Shown in pieces: positions 9,596-20,194 of a DNA stretch of 64,000 nt; positions within the stretch are counted from its first letter, which is position 1; each line of letters opens with the position of its first letter. The notes under the pieces are model-generated. The model did no database searches. It was given only the letters and a program-made list of their open reading frames with translations, and was not told where the DNA came from. This DNA comes from an uncultured Actinomycetota bacterium (GTDB lineage: Bacteria > Actinomycetota > Actinomycetes > DATJPE01). A program made the position numbers and the translations under genes. The stretch is taken from contig CAVTPM010000004.1 of the NCBI GenBank assembly GCA_963736655.1, positions 30,793 to 94,792 of the forward strand. Reading direction: 5' to 3'.

Positions 9596-10480
9596 TCAGA
9601 CCCGCGGGTCATCGGGCCGCGGCTGGGAGGCGAGAAAGCGCTCGAGCTCGGCACCCAGCTCGTCGGCGGTGGGGAGCTCGCTGGCCGCGACCGCGGCGTC
9701 GTAGGCCTGCTCGAAGGAGGCGACCATGGCCGCACCCTCCTCGTTGTCGGCCAGCTGGACGTCCACGGCCCTGCGGGTCTCCTCCGCGGCGGTGCGCAGC
9801 GTCTCCCCGGGCAGCTCCAGATCGGCGGCTCGCCCGATCCCTTCGAGGAGGGCGACCGCCGCCGCCGGGTACGGCAGCTGGGCGAGGTAGTGCGGAACCC
9901 CCGCGGCGAACCCCATGGCGTCGAGCCCGCGCTCGCCGAAGCGCAGCTCCAGCAGGTTGCCGGCGCTGCCGGGGACGACCACCGTGCCGACCCAGGGCGT
10001 GTAGCCGGCGACCAGCTCGGCGCGCGTGGCGTGCGCGGTGAGGCGCACGGGTCGGGTGTGCGGGACCCCCATCGGGATCGCGGTGAGCCCGATCGTGAGA
10101 CGTACGTCGAAGTCGGCGACGAGACCGGCCATGCAGGCGATGAACCGCTCCCACTGGGTGTCCGGCTCGGGCCCGGTCAGCAGCAGGAAGTCGTGGCCGG
10201 CCGGGTCGGTGACCTGGTGGAGCTCCAGCGCCGGGGCGTCGACGCTCTCCCAGTGGTCCTCGACGAACACCATCGGGGGACGCCGCGCGCGGTAGTCGTG
10301 GAGCTGGTCGACGTCGAAGGACGCGACCACGCGGTGCGGGAGCGTCTCGAGCAGGTGGTCGACGGTCTGCTGCACCGCAGCGCCCGCGTCGACGAAGCCG
10401 CTCATCGCGTGCACCAGGACCGGTCGCCCGGTGATCCGGACGTCGGCGGCCAGGGTGACCAGGTCGTCGGGGTCGGTCAT
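9596..10480 (-). CDS. PAC2 (proteasome assembly chaperone 2-like) family protein
   Basis: 294 aa MTDPDDLVTLAADVRITGRPVLVHAMSGFVDAGAAVQQTVDHLL... is the typical actinobacterial PAC2-family N-terminus. Start overlaps the upstream GntR stop. Confidence 0.6.
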   Translation of the reverse strand: MTDPDDLVTLAADVRITGRPVLVHAMSGFVDAGAAVQQTVDHLLETLPHRVVASFDVDQLHDYRARRPPMVFVEDHWESVDAPALELHQVTDPAGHDFLLLTGPEPDTQWERFIACMAGLVADFDVRLTIGLTAIPMGVPHTRPVRLTAHATRAELVAGYTPWVGTVVVPGSAGNLLELRFGERGLDAMGFAAGVPHYLAQLPYPAAAVALLEGIGRAADLELPGETLRTAAEETRRAVDVQLADNEEGAAMVASFEQAYDAAVAASELPTADELGAELERFLASQPRPDDPRV

Positions 10481-11196
10481 GCGAGGAACCCCCGGAGCAG
10501 GGCCGAGGTGGCGTCGCAGTGCTCCTCCATCACCCGGCGAGCGCGCTGCGGGTCGCCCACGAGCACGGCTTCGACGACTGCCTCGTGCTGGGCGTCGGAG
10601 TGGGCGATGTTCCGACTCAGCACGGGGATCGCCGCGAGCAGCTGACCGACCCGGAGCTGCACGTCGGCGACCGCCGTGAGGAGCGAGTCGGAGCCGGCCA
10701 GCTCGGCGATGACCAGGTGGAGGCGGCTGTCGGCCCCCCGACGTACGGAGTCCGACGGGGCATGGGTGCAGGCCTCGAGCGCGCCCCGAAGCCTGCTGCG
10801 CTCGTCGGCCGACAGGTCGCGGGTCGCGGCCAGCCCCGCCGCTCCCGGCTCCACGACGCGCCGGAAGGCGAGCGCGTCGGCCAGCCCGGCCCCCATGTCG
10901 CGGGCCAGGGTCCCGGCGTCCTCGCTGCGGTCGAGCGAGGGGTCGTACGTCACGAACGTGCCGCCACCACGCCCGCGGCGGGTCTCGACGTAGCCCGCCT
11001 GGCGCAGCGCCTCCAGGGCCTCCCGCAGGGTCGTGCGTCCCACCTGGAGAGCGTCGGCCAGGTCGCGCTCCGGTGGGAGCCGCTCTCCCGAGGGGACCAC
11101 CCCGAGCTTGATGGTCTGCACGAGCCGCTCGACCGTGGTCTCGAAGGCGTTGCCGCCCCGCTGGGGACGCAGCAGCGTGTGCGGGACGACGGCCAT
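10477..11196 (-). CDS. GntR-family transcriptional regulator (FadR/FCD C-terminal domain)
   Basis: N-terminal wHTH ...VVPSGERLPPERDLADALQVGRTTLREALEALRQAGYVETRRGRGGGTFV, then a helical FCD-like C-terminal domain. 239 aa, intact. Confidence 0.8.
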   Translation of the reverse strand: MAVVPHTLLRPQRGGNAFETTVERLVQTIKLGVVPSGERLPPERDLADALQVGRTTLREALEALRQAGYVETRRGRGGGTFVTYDPSLDRSEDAGTLARDMGAGLADALAFRRVVEPGAAGLAATRDLSADERSRLRGALEACTHAPSDSVRRGADSRLHLVIAELAGSDSLLTAVADVQLRVGQLLAAIPVLSRNIAHSDAQHEAVVEAVLVGDPQRARRVMEEHCDATSALLRGFLA

Positions 11197-11246
11197 CCCC
11201 CCATGATGACGCCAGGGCGCCGCGCGCGCTCAGCCACCCGCGAACC

Positions 11247-13700
11247 TCACGCCCGGATGCGGGATCCCTCCGGGTCGTGCAGCGGGTCGGCGGCCACGAC
11301 CCCCGGCACCCACTCCCCGAACACCAGCACCTCGACCGCGGTCCCCACGACGGCCGCCTCCGCGGGCAGGTAGGCGAACGCGATCGACGCCCCGACCGTG
11401 TGACCGCTGCCTCCGGAGGTGACGCGCCCGACGGTCACCCCGCGCACCCGGACCGGCTCGTTGCCCAGCACCAGCTGCCTGAGGTCGGACAGGGTCACGC
11501 AGGCGAGTCGCCGGTCGGGCTCAGCACGGCCGACCAGGGCGTCCCGTCCGAGGAACCCGCCGTCCTTGTCCATGCGCACGCAGAAGCCGAGCCCGGCTTC
11601 GTACGGCGTCTCGTCGGGAGTGACGTCAGATCCCCAGTACCGGTAGCCCTTCTCGGCCCGGAGCGAGTCGATGGCCTTGTAGCCGCACGGCAAGCCGCCT
11701 GCCAGGGCGACGGCCTCGGCCAACGCGGTCCACACGCCGAGGCCGTACTCCGTGGGCACGTACACCTCCCAGCCGAGCTCTCCGACGAAGGTCACCCGGA
11801 CGATGCGGGCGGGCGCCCCACCGACGGTCGACGCGCGGACGCTCATGAACGGGAAGTCCGCGTTCTCCAGCGACTGAGGGGTCAAGGGCGCGAGCACGTC
11901 TCGGGCGCGCGGACCCCACAGGCCGAAGCACGTCCACGCCGACGTCACGTCGCGCACCACCACGGACCCGTCGCGCGGCGCATGCCGGCGCAACCAGGCC
12001 AGATCGTGGCCTCCGAAGGCCGTGCCGGTGACGAGCTGAAAGGACTCCGGGCCGAGCTGGCTCACCGTGAGGTCGGCCTCGACCCCGCCGCGGGAGTTGA
12101 GGAGCTGGGTGTACGTCACCCGCCCCGTGCCCCTGGCCACCCGGTTGTCGCACACCCACTCGAGGAAGGCGGCGGCGCCCGCCCCGGTGACCTCGATCTT
12201 CGCGAAGGACGACTCGTCGAAGAGGCCGACCGTCTCGCGGGTCGCGCGGTGCTCGGCCTCGATGGCCGGGGACCACAGCTCGCCGGCCCAGCCGCGGGGG
12301 CGCTTGCCGGGGTCGCCGAGGGCCGCGTGGGAACGGTAGTAGCTCACCCGCTCCCACCCGCTCTTCTCCCCCATCTCGGCGTCGTGGTCGAGGTGCCACG
12401 AGTACGCCGCCGAGACGCGTAACGGACGACCGGCCAGCCGCTCCTGGCCGGGGTACTTGATGTCGTAGTAGCTCTCGTAGTTCTCGACGACCCGGGCCAA
12501 CGTGTAGCCCGGTGAGCGGTACTGCGGCCCGAACCGGCGGACGTCCATCTCCCACAGGTCGTGCTCGGGGTCGCCGTCGAGGATCCAGCCGGCCATCGCC
12601 TTGCCCATGCCGCCCGCCCCGGCGATCCCGTGCGCGCAGAACCCCGCGGCCACCCAGAAGCCTCGGACGTCGGTGGGGCCGAGGCAGAACTCGTTGTCCG
12701 GGGTGAATCCCTCCGGCCCGTTGACGACCGTGCGGATCTCCGCTGTCTCCATGACGGGCACCCTGACCACCGAGTTGGCGTAGATCTCCTCCAACCGTTC
12801 CCACTCCTCGGGGAGCAGGCGCCCGTTGAAGTCCGCCGGGATGGCGTCGAGGCCGTCGTCACCGAGAGCGAACGGGCGCGACTGGCGCTCGTACCCCCCC
12901 ATCACCAGACCCGCCACGTCCTCGCGGTAGTAGACGAGCAGGTCGGGGTCCCGCAGCGTCGGGAGCCGTTGGACCTCCGGACCGAGCTCGCGGACCGGCT
13001 GCGTGACGACGTACTGATGGCTCATCGGGACGATCGGCACCCGCACGCCGACCATCCGAGCGACCTCTGCCGCGAACATGCCCGCGGCGTCGACCACGAC
13101 CTCGCACTCCACGTCACCGGCATCCGTGCGCACCCGGGTCACGGCTCCGTCGACGGTGTCGATGCCCAGCACCCTGGTGTGCGGGCGGACGGTCACCCCT
13201 TGGCGCCGCGCCGAGGTCGCCAGGCCGTACGCCAGCCGCGAGGGGTCGAGGTAGCCGTCGGTGGCGAGGTAGGTGGCGCCGAGCACCCGCTCGGTCGACA
13301 TGAGTGGGAACAGGTCCCGGGCCTCGTCCGCCGAGATCCGTTGCAGCGGCAGGCCGAAGGTCTCCGCCCAGCCGACCTGACGCTCGAGCTCCTCCATGCG
13401 CGCGGGTGAGCAGGCCAACCGGATGCCCCCGGACTCGACCCAGCCCGGGTCGGTGTCGGGATCCTCGGCCAGCCGCCGGTAGAGCGAGGCGCTGTCCATC
13501 ATCATCCGGGTCAGCGTCACCGACCCGCGCAGCTGGCCGACCAGACCGGCTGAGTGGAACGTCGACCCGCTCGTCAGCTCACCGCGGTCGAGGAGCAGCA
13601 CGTCGCGCTCCCCGCGTTCAGCGAGGTGGTGGGCGATCGACGTCCCGCCGACCCCGCCGCCGATGATCACGACGCGGGCCCGCGTCGGCAGGTCGGCCAT
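11247..13700 (-). CDS. FAD-dependent oxidoreductase fused to a GcvT-type aminomethyltransferase (folate-binding) domain; dimethylglycine/sarcosine dehydrogenase-like
   Basis: 817 aa, intact. N-terminal VVIIGGGVGGTSIAHHLAERG...STFHSAGLV (DAO/FAD fold); C-terminal GcvT-like domain (...GLFDESSFAKIEVTGAGAAAFLEWVCDNRVARGTGRVTYTQLLNSRGGVEADLTV...). Confidence 0.85.
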   Translation of the reverse strand: MADLPTRARVVIIGGGVGGTSIAHHLAERGERDVLLLDRGELTSGSTFHSAGLVGQLRGSVTLTRMMMDSASLYRRLAEDPDTDPGWVESGGIRLACSPARMEELERQVGWAETFGLPLQRISADEARDLFPLMSTERVLGATYLATDGYLDPSRLAYGLATSARRQGVTVRPHTRVLGIDTVDGAVTRVRTDAGDVECEVVVDAAGMFAAEVARMVGVRVPIVPMSHQYVVTQPVRELGPEVQRLPTLRDPDLLVYYREDVAGLVMGGYERQSRPFALGDDGLDAIPADFNGRLLPEEWERLEEIYANSVVRVPVMETAEIRTVVNGPEGFTPDNEFCLGPTDVRGFWVAAGFCAHGIAGAGGMGKAMAGWILDGDPEHDLWEMDVRRFGPQYRSPGYTLARVVENYESYYDIKYPGQERLAGRPLRVSAAYSWHLDHDAEMGEKSGWERVSYYRSHAALGDPGKRPRGWAGELWSPAIEAEHRATRETVGLFDESSFAKIEVTGAGAAAFLEWVCDNRVARGTGRVTYTQLLNSRGGVEADLTVSQLGPESFQLVTGTAFGGHDLAWLRRHAPRDGSVVVRDVTSAWTCFGLWGPRARDVLAPLTPQSLENADFPFMSVRASTVGGAPARIVRVTFVGELGWEVYVPTEYGLGVWTALAEAVALAGGLPCGYKAIDSLRAEKGYRYWGSDVTPDETPYEAGLGFCVRMDKDGGFLGRDALVGRAEPDRRLACVTLSDLRQLVLGNEPVRVRGVTVGRVTSGGSGHTVGASIAFAYLPAEAAVVGTAVEVLVFGEWVPGVVAADPLHDPEGSRIRA

Positions 13701-13766
13701 CTCGCTCCCTCTCTGTTGCGTCCGACGGACGGTACGCAGTAGCGCTCGGTGGGTCGGACGCAGGTG

Positions 13767-14694
13767 TCAGTCGGGGGCGGCAAGGCCGGCGAGCAGCCGG
13801 GTGTGGTGTGGACCGAGCAGCTCCGCGCGGGCGGAGTCGTACTTCTCCATGCCCCACGACCAGAAGTCGAAGTCGATCGTCGAGACGCCGTCCTGGATCG
13901 AGGCCCACAGCGTCCAGCCGTACCGGGCGAGCAACGACCAGGCCTGCGCCCTGGCCAACCGGTGCGCGGAGGGGCCGCCCCAGTAGGCCTCGACGAGGAG
14001 CGTCGTCGTCTCCTCGTCCAACCCGGACTCGCTGGCGATGTTGCCGAGCTCGAAGCTCGCCTCGTTCATCCCGCTGTACTCGTAGTCGATGATCCACACC
14101 CGCGAGCCGTCGTCGATGAAGTTGGCCGCCAGCAGGTCGTTGTTGCACGGGACGAGGGGTTCGGGGCGCGCGGTGAGGGCGTCCTCGAGCTGCTCGACGA
14201 GCGGCGCGAGCTCGAGATAGCCGGCCGGGATCCGGAACCCCCGATCGACCACCAGGTCGAGGTAGCGCCGCCGGATGGCGCGCATGTCGAAGGTCCCCAG
14301 GAAGGCCGGTCCGGCGTGCAACGACCGCACCGCGGCGGCGACGCGACGGAGCAGGACGGGGTCGCGGAGGTCGGCCGGCTCGAGCGTGCGGCCCTGGAGG
14401 AAGCCCACGACGAGCACGTCCTCGTCCGGGCAGCGACGCCACGACGGGAGCACCGACGCCGGCCTCCCAGGCCGCTGCCGTGTTGTGGCGCTCGTTGGCG
14501 CGGTCGATGGCGAGCAGCGTCGACTCGTTGGAGCTGATGCGCACGACGTAGTCACCGCCGTCGTCGGTGCGCACCCGGAGGTTGCGGTTCGTGAGCCCGC
14601 CCCCGAGCTCGTCGACGGTGCGTCGACGGCCCGCGAGGACGGGCAGCCGGTCGAGCAGCACGTCGAGCACGGGGTCGACGCCGGCGGTGGACAC
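13767..14694 (-). CDS. Choline/ethanolamine-kinase (APH-fold) family phosphotransferase; one frameshift near 14440
   Basis: N-term MSTAGVDPVLDVLLDRLPVLAGRRRTVDELGGGLTNRNLRVRTDDGGDYVVRI (hGGhTN motif) is in ORF 13618..14694. It continues ...FLQGRTLEPADLRDP...LVPCNNDLLAANFI...VWIIDYEYSGMNEASFELGNI in ORF 13767..14555. Confidence 0.75.
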
Positions 14695-14759
14695 GTGCGG
14701 ACGCTAGCGGCCCGAGCCGCCCGGCGTCTCGCGGACGATCCGGGAGCCGCGGAGCCGAC

Positions 14760-15680
14760 TCACGGCAGGAGCGACTCCGAACCCTCCCTGTCGAGGTGCT
14801 CCCGCACCAGTCGGGCGACCAGCACGGGGCGCTCCATCTGGGCCACGTGCCCGGTCTCCGGGAGCACGACGACCCGGTTGTCGGGGAAGGCTCGGCGCGC
14901 ACGGCGCGCGGTCTCCGGACGGACCAGCCGGTCCTCGGTGCCGTAGATGAGCAGGGTCCGGGCCGTGACCCGCGTGGCCTGCTCCCACAACGACTCGGGC
15001 CCACGCCGCAGGAACTCGCGGGCAATGCTCCGCGTGGACTGCACCATCGCGTCGGGCGCGTACGGCAGCCGCTGCCGTGCCGCGGCGTCCCGCTCGGCCG
15101 CCGCACGCCACTGCGCGGTCACCGCGGTCGGGTCGGCGAAGCACACGTCGATGAGGCCCTCGACGCGCTTGGCCGGGCTGAGCGCAGCGAGCTGCCGGGC
15201 GGCCAAGGGGCCGAGCCCCGGCATCGCGAGCACCCCCACCTGCGAGCGCCAGCGCCCGGGCGTCAGGTCCGGCAGCGCCGGGGAGACCAGGGTGAGGGTG
15301 CGGACCAGGTCGGGTCGGGTCGCCGCGACGGTGGTCGCGACGGCCCCGCCCAAGGAGTTGCCGAACAGGTGCACGGCCCCCCGGTCGTCGGCCTCGATGA
15401 GGGCGACGACCGCCCGGGCGTGCCCGCCGATGCTGTAGTCGCCGTCGTCGGGAGGAGGGCTGAACCCGAAACCGGGCAGGTCCGGGGCACGGACCGCGAG
15501 CCGGTCGTCGAGCATGCCGATCAGGGCGGTCCAGTTGTGCGACGAACCGCCGAGCCCGTGCACCATCACGGCCGGCTGCGCACCCTTCGCAGCCGGACCC
15601 GTGCGCACGTGCAGCGTCAGACGAGGCGTCGGCTCGATCGTCTCGGCGGGCCAGCCGTCGTGCGGGAGGTCGGTGATCAC
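14760..15680 (-). CDS. Alpha/beta-fold hydrolase
   Basis: 306 aa ...AVMVHGLGGSSHNW...HLFGNSLGGAV...GTEDRLV...GHVAQMERP; nucleophile elbow GNSLG. Intact. Confidence 0.8.
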   Translation of the reverse strand: MITDLPHDGWPAETIEPTPRLTLHVRTGPAAKGAQPAVMVHGLGGSSHNWTALIGMLDDRLAVRAPDLPGFGFSPPPDDGDYSIGGHARAVVALIEADDRGAVHLFGNSLGGAVATTVAATRPDLVRTLTLVSPALPDLTPGRWRSQVGVLAMPGLGPLAARQLAALSPAKRVEGLIDVCFADPTAVTAQWRAAAERDAAARQRLPYAPDAMVQSTRSIAREFLRRGPESLWEQATRVTARTLLIYGTEDRLVRPETARRARRAFPDNRVVVLPETGHVAQMERPVLVARLVREHLDREGSESLLP

Positions 15681-15723
15681 CCGTCGATCCTCACACGACC
15701 CTCTGTCCGAGCCGGGCAGCAGG

Positions 15724-17115
15724 TCAGGCCTCGGAGACCGCGGCCACCCGTCCGCTCGCGATGGCTGCTACCAGGGCCGCGTGGTCCTGCTCGTTCTGGT
15801 CCGCGTACGCCTCCGCGAAGGAGACGACGGCCTCGTCGAAGGCAACGCCCTTCCCCAGGTAGGCGCTGATCGCGATGGGGTCACCGGAGCGCGCGTGAGC
15901 ACGCGCGAGCGTCCACCCGCAGATCTCGCCGTAGATGGCGTGCCCCAGAGGTCGGAACAGGTTGGGGTCGAAGCCGCCCTTGCCGTCGCGGAGCTGACGG
16001 AAGTAGAAGTCCCGCTTCACCCCGTCAGGCATCACCGCGCCGTGCCAGCCCAGGAAGATGTCGCTGGACGCCTGCATGAGACGCTGCCCCGCGACCACGC
16101 GTCGTCCCGCGGAGCCGTACCGGCTGCGACCCACGTACGGCTCGAGGACCGAGGCCTGGGCCTCCTTGACCTGCAGCAGCAGCGGGTCATCGGCGTCCCG
16201 GCCGAGCATCAGGGCCACCCAGGCCCGGGTCCCGACGCTGCCGACCCCGACGACCTTGCGGGCGAAGTCGACGAGCCGGAACTGCTCCATGAGCCGGCGG
16301 TGGTCGTCGGACAGGGTGGTGCGGTAGCTGCGGATCCCCTCGTGCAGCGTGGTCTGCAGGAGCCCTGCCTGCTCGGCGGGGAACAGCTCCCGGATCGGCA
16401 CGACCAGGGGCGGGACGGAGGCGAAGCGCGGCTCTCCGTCGACCAGGTGCGTGAGCTTGGAGGACGCCTGCAGGTTGTCGCGGCCCGCTGCCTTGTCGCG
16501 CAGGCCCTTCAGGTACTTCATCCGCCGGGCGTCGATGTACGGCTGCACGCGCCGGATGATGGTCTCGACGTCGAGCCGGGTGTACCAGATCTCCAGGTTG
16601 CGCATGGTGGCGAACTGCGCCATGGCCCGGCGGTAGCCGGCGGCCGCCTGTCGGGCGCCCTCGGCGGACTCCTTCCTGCTGAACCCGTTGGAGCGCCCGG
16701 CGACGATCATGGAGGCCGCGAGCCTCTTCACGTCCCACTCCCACGGCCCAGGGAGGGTCTCGTCGAAGTCGTTGATGTCGAAGACGAGCTGCCGGTCCGC
16801 GGAGTAGTAGATGCCGAAGTTCACCAGGTGGGCGTCACCGCACGCCTGCACGGTGAGCCCCGACCGCGGCGTACCGGCCAGGTCCGCGGCCATCACGGCA
16901 GCGGCTCCGCGGTAGAACGCGAACGGTGACGCCGCCATCCGGCCGTAGCGCAGCGGCACCAGGTCGGGCACCCGGGTCGCGGCCTGGGCCTCGAGGATCT
17001 CGATGGGGTCCCGCCGTTCAGCGGCCGCCTCGAAGCCGGCATGGCTGGACCGGGGCACGTCGTTGCGGGCTGCTCGCCCTCGCGCCCTGCGCTCGTCGAT
17101 GGTCAGGTGTGCCAC
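15724..17115 (-). CDS. DUF2252 domain protein
   Basis: 463 aa with ...FAFYRGAAAVMAADLA...CGDAHLVNFGIYYSADRQLVFDINDFDETLPGPWEWDVKRLAAS..., characteristic of DUF2252. Intact. Confidence 0.65.
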   Translation of the reverse strand: MAHLTIDERRARGRAARNDVPRSSHAGFEAAAERRDPIEILEAQAATRVPDLVPLRYGRMAASPFAFYRGAAAVMAADLAGTPRSGLTVQACGDAHLVNFGIYYSADRQLVFDINDFDETLPGPWEWDVKRLAASMIVAGRSNGFSRKESAEGARQAAAGYRRAMAQFATMRNLEIWYTRLDVETIIRRVQPYIDARRMKYLKGLRDKAAGRDNLQASSKLTHLVDGEPRFASVPPLVVPIRELFPAEQAGLLQTTLHEGIRSYRTTLSDDHRRLMEQFRLVDFARKVVGVGSVGTRAWVALMLGRDADDPLLLQVKEAQASVLEPYVGRSRYGSAGRRVVAGQRLMQASSDIFLGWHGAVMPDGVKRDFYFRQLRDGKGGFDPNLFRPLGHAIYGEICGWTLARAHARSGDPIAISAYLGKGVAFDEAVVSFAEAYADQNEQDHAALVAAIASGRVAAVSEA

Positions 17116-17345
17116 CGCGCGCGGTGCCGGGGGGCGGGGAGGTCGAGGCTGTCGTCATGGACGGCAGTCTGCCGTCTGCGGCGCTCCGCCGCAGCCGGTC
17201 GGCGGCCGGCCACCCGTTCGGTGCCGGCATGCCTACGGCCGGGGGGTCCTCCGCCGGGCGAGGTCGGGACGTTTGCCCCTCCCTTCCGCCACCGACGTGC
17301 CTTAGGCATGGAACATCGCGTCGTCGATCGACCAGGAGGTCGCAG

Positions 17346-17936
17346 GTGTTCCAGGTCCGCATCCACGGCCGTGGCGGCCAGGGCGTCGTGACCGCCGCCG
17401 AGCTGCTCGCGGTGGCCGCCTTCGTCCAGGGTCGGCATGCGCAAGCCTTCCCGAGCTTCGGGTCCGAGCGGACCGGTGCCCCCGTGGTCTCGTTCTGCCG
17501 GATGGACGACCGCGAGATCCGGGTCCGGGAGCCGGTCATGGAGCCCGACGCGCTCATCGTCCAGGACCCCACGCTGCTGCACCAGGTCGACGTGTTCAGC
17601 GGCCTCCGTCCGGACGGCTACATGCTCATCAACACCGCGCGGTCCTTCGCCGAGCTCGGCCTGGAGGAGTTCGTGTCCGGCTTCCGGCACGACCGCCTGC
17701 TCACCGTGCCGGCCACCGAGATCGCGCTGGCCACGGTGGGTCGACCGCTGCCAGGAGCGGTCCTCCTGGGTGGGTTCGCGGCCATCAGCAACCTGGTGTC
17801 CCTGGGCTCGGTGATCGCGGCGATCGATGAGCGCTTCCACGGGAAGCTGGCCGCCGGCAACGCGGAGGGCGCGACCCAGGCGTACGACTTCGTGAAGGAC
17901 GAGATGAGGGAGCTCGCGGATGCTCAGACAGATTGA
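17346..17936 (+). CDS. porG: 2-oxoacid (pyruvate/2-ketoisovalerate):ferredoxin oxidoreductase gamma subunit
   Basis: VFQVRIHGRGGQGVVTAAELLAVAAFVQGRHAQAFPSFGSERTGAPVVSFCRM... The GTG start follows an AGGAGG RBS. 196 aa, fixed by codon arithmetic within ORF 16926..17936. Confidence 0.85.
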   Translation: MFQVRIHGRGGQGVVTAAELLAVAAFVQGRHAQAFPSFGSERTGAPVVSFCRMDDREIRVREPVMEPDALIVQDPTLLHQVDVFSGLRPDGYMLINTARSFAELGLEEFVSGFRHDRLLTVPATEIALATVGRPLPGAVLLGGFAAISNLVSLGSVIAAIDERFHGKLAAGNAEGATQAYDFVKDEMRELADAQTD

Positions 17937-19173
17937 GGGCTCGCGCGCAGTCGCCGAAGCCGTCGCCCTGTGCCGACCCGAGGTGATCTGCGCCTACCCC
18001 ATCTCCCCCCAGACCCACATCGTCGAAGGGCTCAGCCAGCTCGTGAAGTCCGGTGAGCTCACGCCGTGCGAGTTCATCAACGTGGAGTCCGAGTTCGCCG
18101 CCATGTCCGTGGCCATCGGCGCCTCCGCGGCCGGCGCGCGCGCCTACACCGCCACGGCGAGCCAGGGACTGCTGTTCATGGTGGAGGCCGTGTACAACGC
18201 CTCCGGCCTCGGGCTGCCGATCGTCATGACGGTGGCCAACCGAGCCATCGGGGCGCCGATCAACATCTGGAACGACCACAGCGACGCGATGTCGCAGCGC
18301 GACTCCGGCTGGATCCAGCTGTACGCCGAGACCAACCAGGAGGCGCTCGACCTCCACATCCAGGCCTTCGTCCTCGCCGAGGAGCTGTCGCTCCCCGTCA
18401 TGGTCTGCATGGACGGCTTCATCCTCACCCACGCCGTCGAGCGGGTGAACGTCCCGACGCAGGAGCAGGTGGACGACTTCCTGCCGCCGTACGAGCCCCG
18501 CCAGGTGCTCGATCCCGCGGACCCGGTGTCCATCGGCGCGATGGTGGGGCCGGAGGCCTTCATGGAAGTGCGCTACCTCGCTCACGCCAAGCAGATGCAG
18601 GCCCTGGAACGGATCCCCGAGATCGCCGCAGACTTCGAGCGCGAGTTCGGTCGTCCGTCCGGCGGCCTGCTGACCACCTACCGCACCGAGGACGCCGAGA
18701 CCATCGTCGTCGCGCTCGGGTCCGTCCTCGGCTCGATCAAGGACGTCGTCGACGAGCTGCGCGACGAGCACGTCCGCATCGGTGTCGTCGGCATCACCTC
18801 GTTCCGACCCTTCCCCCTCGAGCAGGTCCGAGCCGCCCTGGGCCATGCCCGTCGCGTCGTCGTGATCGAGAAGGCGCTCGCGGTCGGCATCGGCGGGATC
18901 GTGTCCGCCAACGTCCGGATGGCCCTGTCCGGGATCCACCTGCACGGCTACACCGTGATCGCGGGACTCGGGGGCCGCGCGATCACCAAGACGTCGCTGC
19001 GCACGCTCTTCACCGAGGCCGCCGCCGACCGCCTCGAGCCGCTCACGTTCCTCGACCTCGACCACGAGCTCGTCGAGCGAGAGCTGGCCCGGTCGAGGTC
19101 GTCCCGGCGGTCCGGACCGACGGCGGAGAACATGCTGCGCGACCTCGGCGCTGTCGCCTCAAGGATCGGGTGA
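17920..19173 (+). CDS. porA: 2-oxoacid:ferredoxin oxidoreductase alpha subunit
   Basis: 417 aa [40 protein letters not shown]...; intact. Overlaps porG by 17 nt. Confidence 0.85.
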   Translation: MLRQIEGSRAVAEAVALCRPEVICAYPISPQTHIVEGLSQLVKSGELTPCEFINVESEFAAMSVAIGASAAGARAYTATASQGLLFMVEAVYNASGLGLPIVMTVANRAIGAPINIWNDHSDAMSQRDSGWIQLYAETNQEALDLHIQAFVLAEELSLPVMVCMDGFILTHAVERVNVPTQEQVDDFLPPYEPRQVLDPADPVSIGAMVGPEAFMEVRYLAHAKQMQALERIPEIAADFEREFGRPSGGLLTTYRTEDAETIVVALGSVLGSIKDVVDELRDEHVRIGVVGITSFRPFPLEQVRAALGHARRVVVIEKALAVGIGGIVSANVRMALSGIHLHGYTVIAGLGGRAITKTSLRTLFTEAAADRLEPLTFLDLDHELVERELARSRSSRRSGPTAENMLRDLGAVASRIG

Positions 19174-19178
19174 CGACC

Positions 19179-20194
19179 ATGGCCCCCCAACCCCTGAAGT
19201 TCTACCAGACCGGCAGCTTCGCGATCGGCAACCGCCTGCTGGACCCCGAGCAGGCCTCGGTCCAGTCCGACGCGACGCGCACCAACTCGCTCAACAGCGG
19301 CCACCGGGCCTGCCAGGGGTGCGGCGAGGCGCTGGGCGCGCGCTACGCCCTGGACGCGGCGATGCGCGCGACCGGCGGACAGATGGTCGCCGTCAACGCC
19401 ACCGGGTGTCTCGAGGTGTTCTCCACGCCGTACCCGGAGACCTCCTGGCAGATCCCGTGGATGCACTCCCTGTTCGGCAACGCGCCGGCTGTGGCCACGG
19501 GCGTCGCCGCGGCCCTGAAGGTGAAGGGGCGCACCGACGTCCGCGTCGTCGGTCAGGGCGGCGACGGCGGCACGGTCGACATCGGCTTCGGCACGCTCTC
19601 CGGGATGTTCGAGCGCAACGACGACGTGCTCTACATCTGCTACGACAACGAGGGCTACATGAACACCGGCGTCCAGCGCTCCGGCGCCACGCCACCGGCC
19701 GCCCGGACCGCCACCACCCAGGTCGTCGGCCCTGAACCCGGGAAACGTGTTCGGCCAGGGCAAGAACCTGCCGTTGATCGCCATGGCTCACGAGATCCCG
19801 TACGTCGCCACGGCGACGGTCGCCGAGCTGCGCGACCTCGAGGCGAAGGTCGAGAAGGCCATGACGATCCGGGGCGCCCGCTACCTGCACGTCTTCGTGC
19901 CCTGCCCGCTGGGCTGGGGAAGCGCCTCGAGCCAGACCGTGAGCCTGGCCCGGCTGGCGAAGGAGACCGGCATCTTCCCGGTCTTCGAAGCCGAGCACGG
20001 CGAGGTCACCGGGGTCTCGCCCATCCGCCGGCAGCTCCCGGTGGAGGACTACCTGCGGCCGCAGCGGCGCTTCGCCCACCTGTTCTCGCCGACCCCGCGG
20101 CACCGAGGTCATCGCGCGGATCCAGGCCGGCGCGGACCGCAACATCCGTCGGTTCGGGCTGCTCCCGGACCCCGACCCCGAGGCGAGCCCCTGA
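19179..20194 (+). CDS. porB: 2-oxoacid:ferredoxin oxidoreductase beta subunit (TPP-binding); two frameshifts (near 19760 and 20100)
   Basis: [14 protein letters not shown]...[14 protein letters not shown]...[48 protein letters not shown], then [32 protein letters not shown]...GWGSASS, then ...[29 protein letters not shown]. The TGA stop overlaps the next ATG (ATGA). Confidence 0.8.

Noticed and set aside
17116-17345. Imperfect inverted repeat CATGCCTACGG...CCTTAGGCATG in the divergent DUF2252/porG intergenic region
   Set aside because: 10/12 match only with a ~60 bp spacer. Noted as a possible operator but too weak to list as a feature.
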